DNA from: Glaucostegus cemiculus | Lineage: Eukaryota | Assembly: GCA_976551045.1 (NCBI GenBank) | Contig: CDPCPM010000215.1 | Location: forward strand, 3,844,001-3,908,000 | Length of the DNA: 64,000 nucleotides | Direction: 5' to 3' | Shown: positions 62,594 through 64,000 of the stretch, piece after piece | Layout of the letters: each line of letters begins with the position of its first letter | Position numbering within the stretch: the stretch's first letter is position 1 | Position numbers and translations under genes: made by a program | The notes under the pieces: model-generated | What the model was told of the DNA's origin: nothing | The model's input: the letters and a program-made list of their open reading frames with translations, nothing else | The model's database searches: none

Positions 62594-63295
62594 GAACATA
62601 GTATAGCACAGCACAGTACAAGACCTTCGGTCCACAATGTTATGCTGACATTTTATCTTGCTCTAAGATCTATCTAACCCTTCCCTCCCACATAGCCCCT
62701 TATTTTTTCTATCATTCATGTGTCTAAGAGTCTCTTAAATGTCCCTAATGTATCTGACCCCACAACCTCTGCCGGCAGTGTGTTCGACGCACCCACCACT
62801 CTCTGTGTAAGAAACTTATCCCTGACATCCCCCTTATACCTTCCTCCAATCACCTTATGGTTATCTCCCCTCATGTTAGCCATTATTGCCCTGGGAAAAA
62901 GTCTCTGACTGTCCACTTGATTTATGCCTCTTATCATCTTGCACACCTCTATCAAGTCACCTCTCATCCTCCTTCTCTCCAAAGAGAAAAGCCCTAGATC
63001 ACTCAACCTATCCTCATAAGACATGCTCTCCAATCCAGGCAGCATCTTGGTAAATCTCCTCGGCACCCTCTCTAAAGCTTCCACATCCGTCCTATCATGA
63101 GGTGACCAAAACTGAACACAATACTCCAAGAGTGGTGTGACCAGAGTTCTATAGAGCTGCAACATCACCTCGCGGCTCCTGAACTCAATACCCTGACTAT
63201 TGAAGGCCAACACTCCATATACCTTCTTAACAACCCTCTCGACCTGTGAGGCAACCTTGAGGGATCTATGGACATAGACCCCAAGATCCCTCTGT
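62594..63295 (-). mobile_element. CR1 3' fragment with a 165-aa open ORF2 C-terminus
   Basis: LYRTLVTPLLEYCVQFWSP, LERVPRRFTKMLPGL, LGLFSLERRRMRGDLIEV and FLTQRVV. Confidence 0.92.
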
Positions 63296-63419
63296 TATAC
63301 CTGTAAAAATTCACATACTTGAAGAGATGAGAATACTCTGTGGCATTTAGATGGGTCCCACGATGTCAATATCCACCCCAAAACCTTTAGTATGGTCACT
63401 AAATTCAATTGCAGAGAAA

Positions 63420-63950
63420 ATGAGAACTTATCCTTCTCAATCTCAGGATATCCCCAAGTATTTTAGTCAATTAAGTACTTTTTTTTGACACGTAATAATT
63501 TGTAATACAGGAAATATGGCCATCAATTGACCCACTGCAACTTCCCAACAACAGTAGTCAGGCCAAGGGTAATTAAATTGTTTAAAGAGAACAAAAGAAA
63601 AATAGTTAACATTTCATGTTCAGTTCTTTGAAATGTGATCTTGTTTCTCTCTCTACAGAAGCTGCTTAATCTGCTCAGTGTTTCCAGCATTTTCTGTTTT
63701 TATTCAATCATCTAAGGAACCAGTCCAGTGAATCTTCACTGCACTTCTGTCATGGCAAGTACATCCTTTGTTCTTAGTGACATTGAGTAGGGGATAAATA
63801 GGCAGGATACTGGAGATAACTTCAGTTCTTCATTAAAATAGAGCCATAATGCCTTTAACATCCATCTGAGGCAGCTGATGATGCCTCAGGTTAAAGCTTC
63901 ATTTCAAAGAGCATGCCTCAGCCAGTTAACACTCCTTCACTCACATAATC
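63420..63950 (-). mobile_element. SacSINE1/DeuSINE-like SINE interrupted by a Penelope terminal fragment (about 63590-63705)
   Basis: ctcaggatatccccaagtattttagtcaattaagtactttt, and ggcaggatactggagataacttc...catccatctgaggcagctgatgatgcctcaggttaa. Confidence 0.55.
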
Positions 63951-64000
63951 ACATGGAAAGATATCTAGCATTTCCCATTGTAAGAACTTCAAAACCCAAT

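Overview
This is eukaryotic, repeat-rich, intergenic or intronic DNA with no supportable host exon. The repeat mix (CR1, Rex1/Babar, L2, Penelope, V-SINE/HE1-like and SacSINE/DeuSINE-like SINEs, Harbinger remnants) points to a cartilaginous fish, probably a ray or shark; that assignment is inferred. The main feature is a decayed endogenous foamy-virus-like (spumaretrovirus-like) provirus on the + strand at about 37.1-44.5 kb. In order, it has a 5' LTR remnant, a tRNA-Lys-type PBS, a shortened gag, a near-complete PR-RT-RNaseH-IN pol, and an env with a foamy-type leader peptide. Its integrase is split by a GC-rich Rex1-tailed insertion with a 7-bp TSD, and its env carries an old SINE. The protease frame is in-frame with a putative gag TAG stop, which hints at readthrough rather than the spliced pol mRNA of mammalian foamy viruses. 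Other oddities are a 245-bp inverted duplication, degenerate Penelope hammerhead motifs and SINE tail swapping. Protein comparisons were made by eye against remembered prototype foamy virus (PFV) sequences, not by database search, and most repeat boundaries are approximate (about 50 bp).
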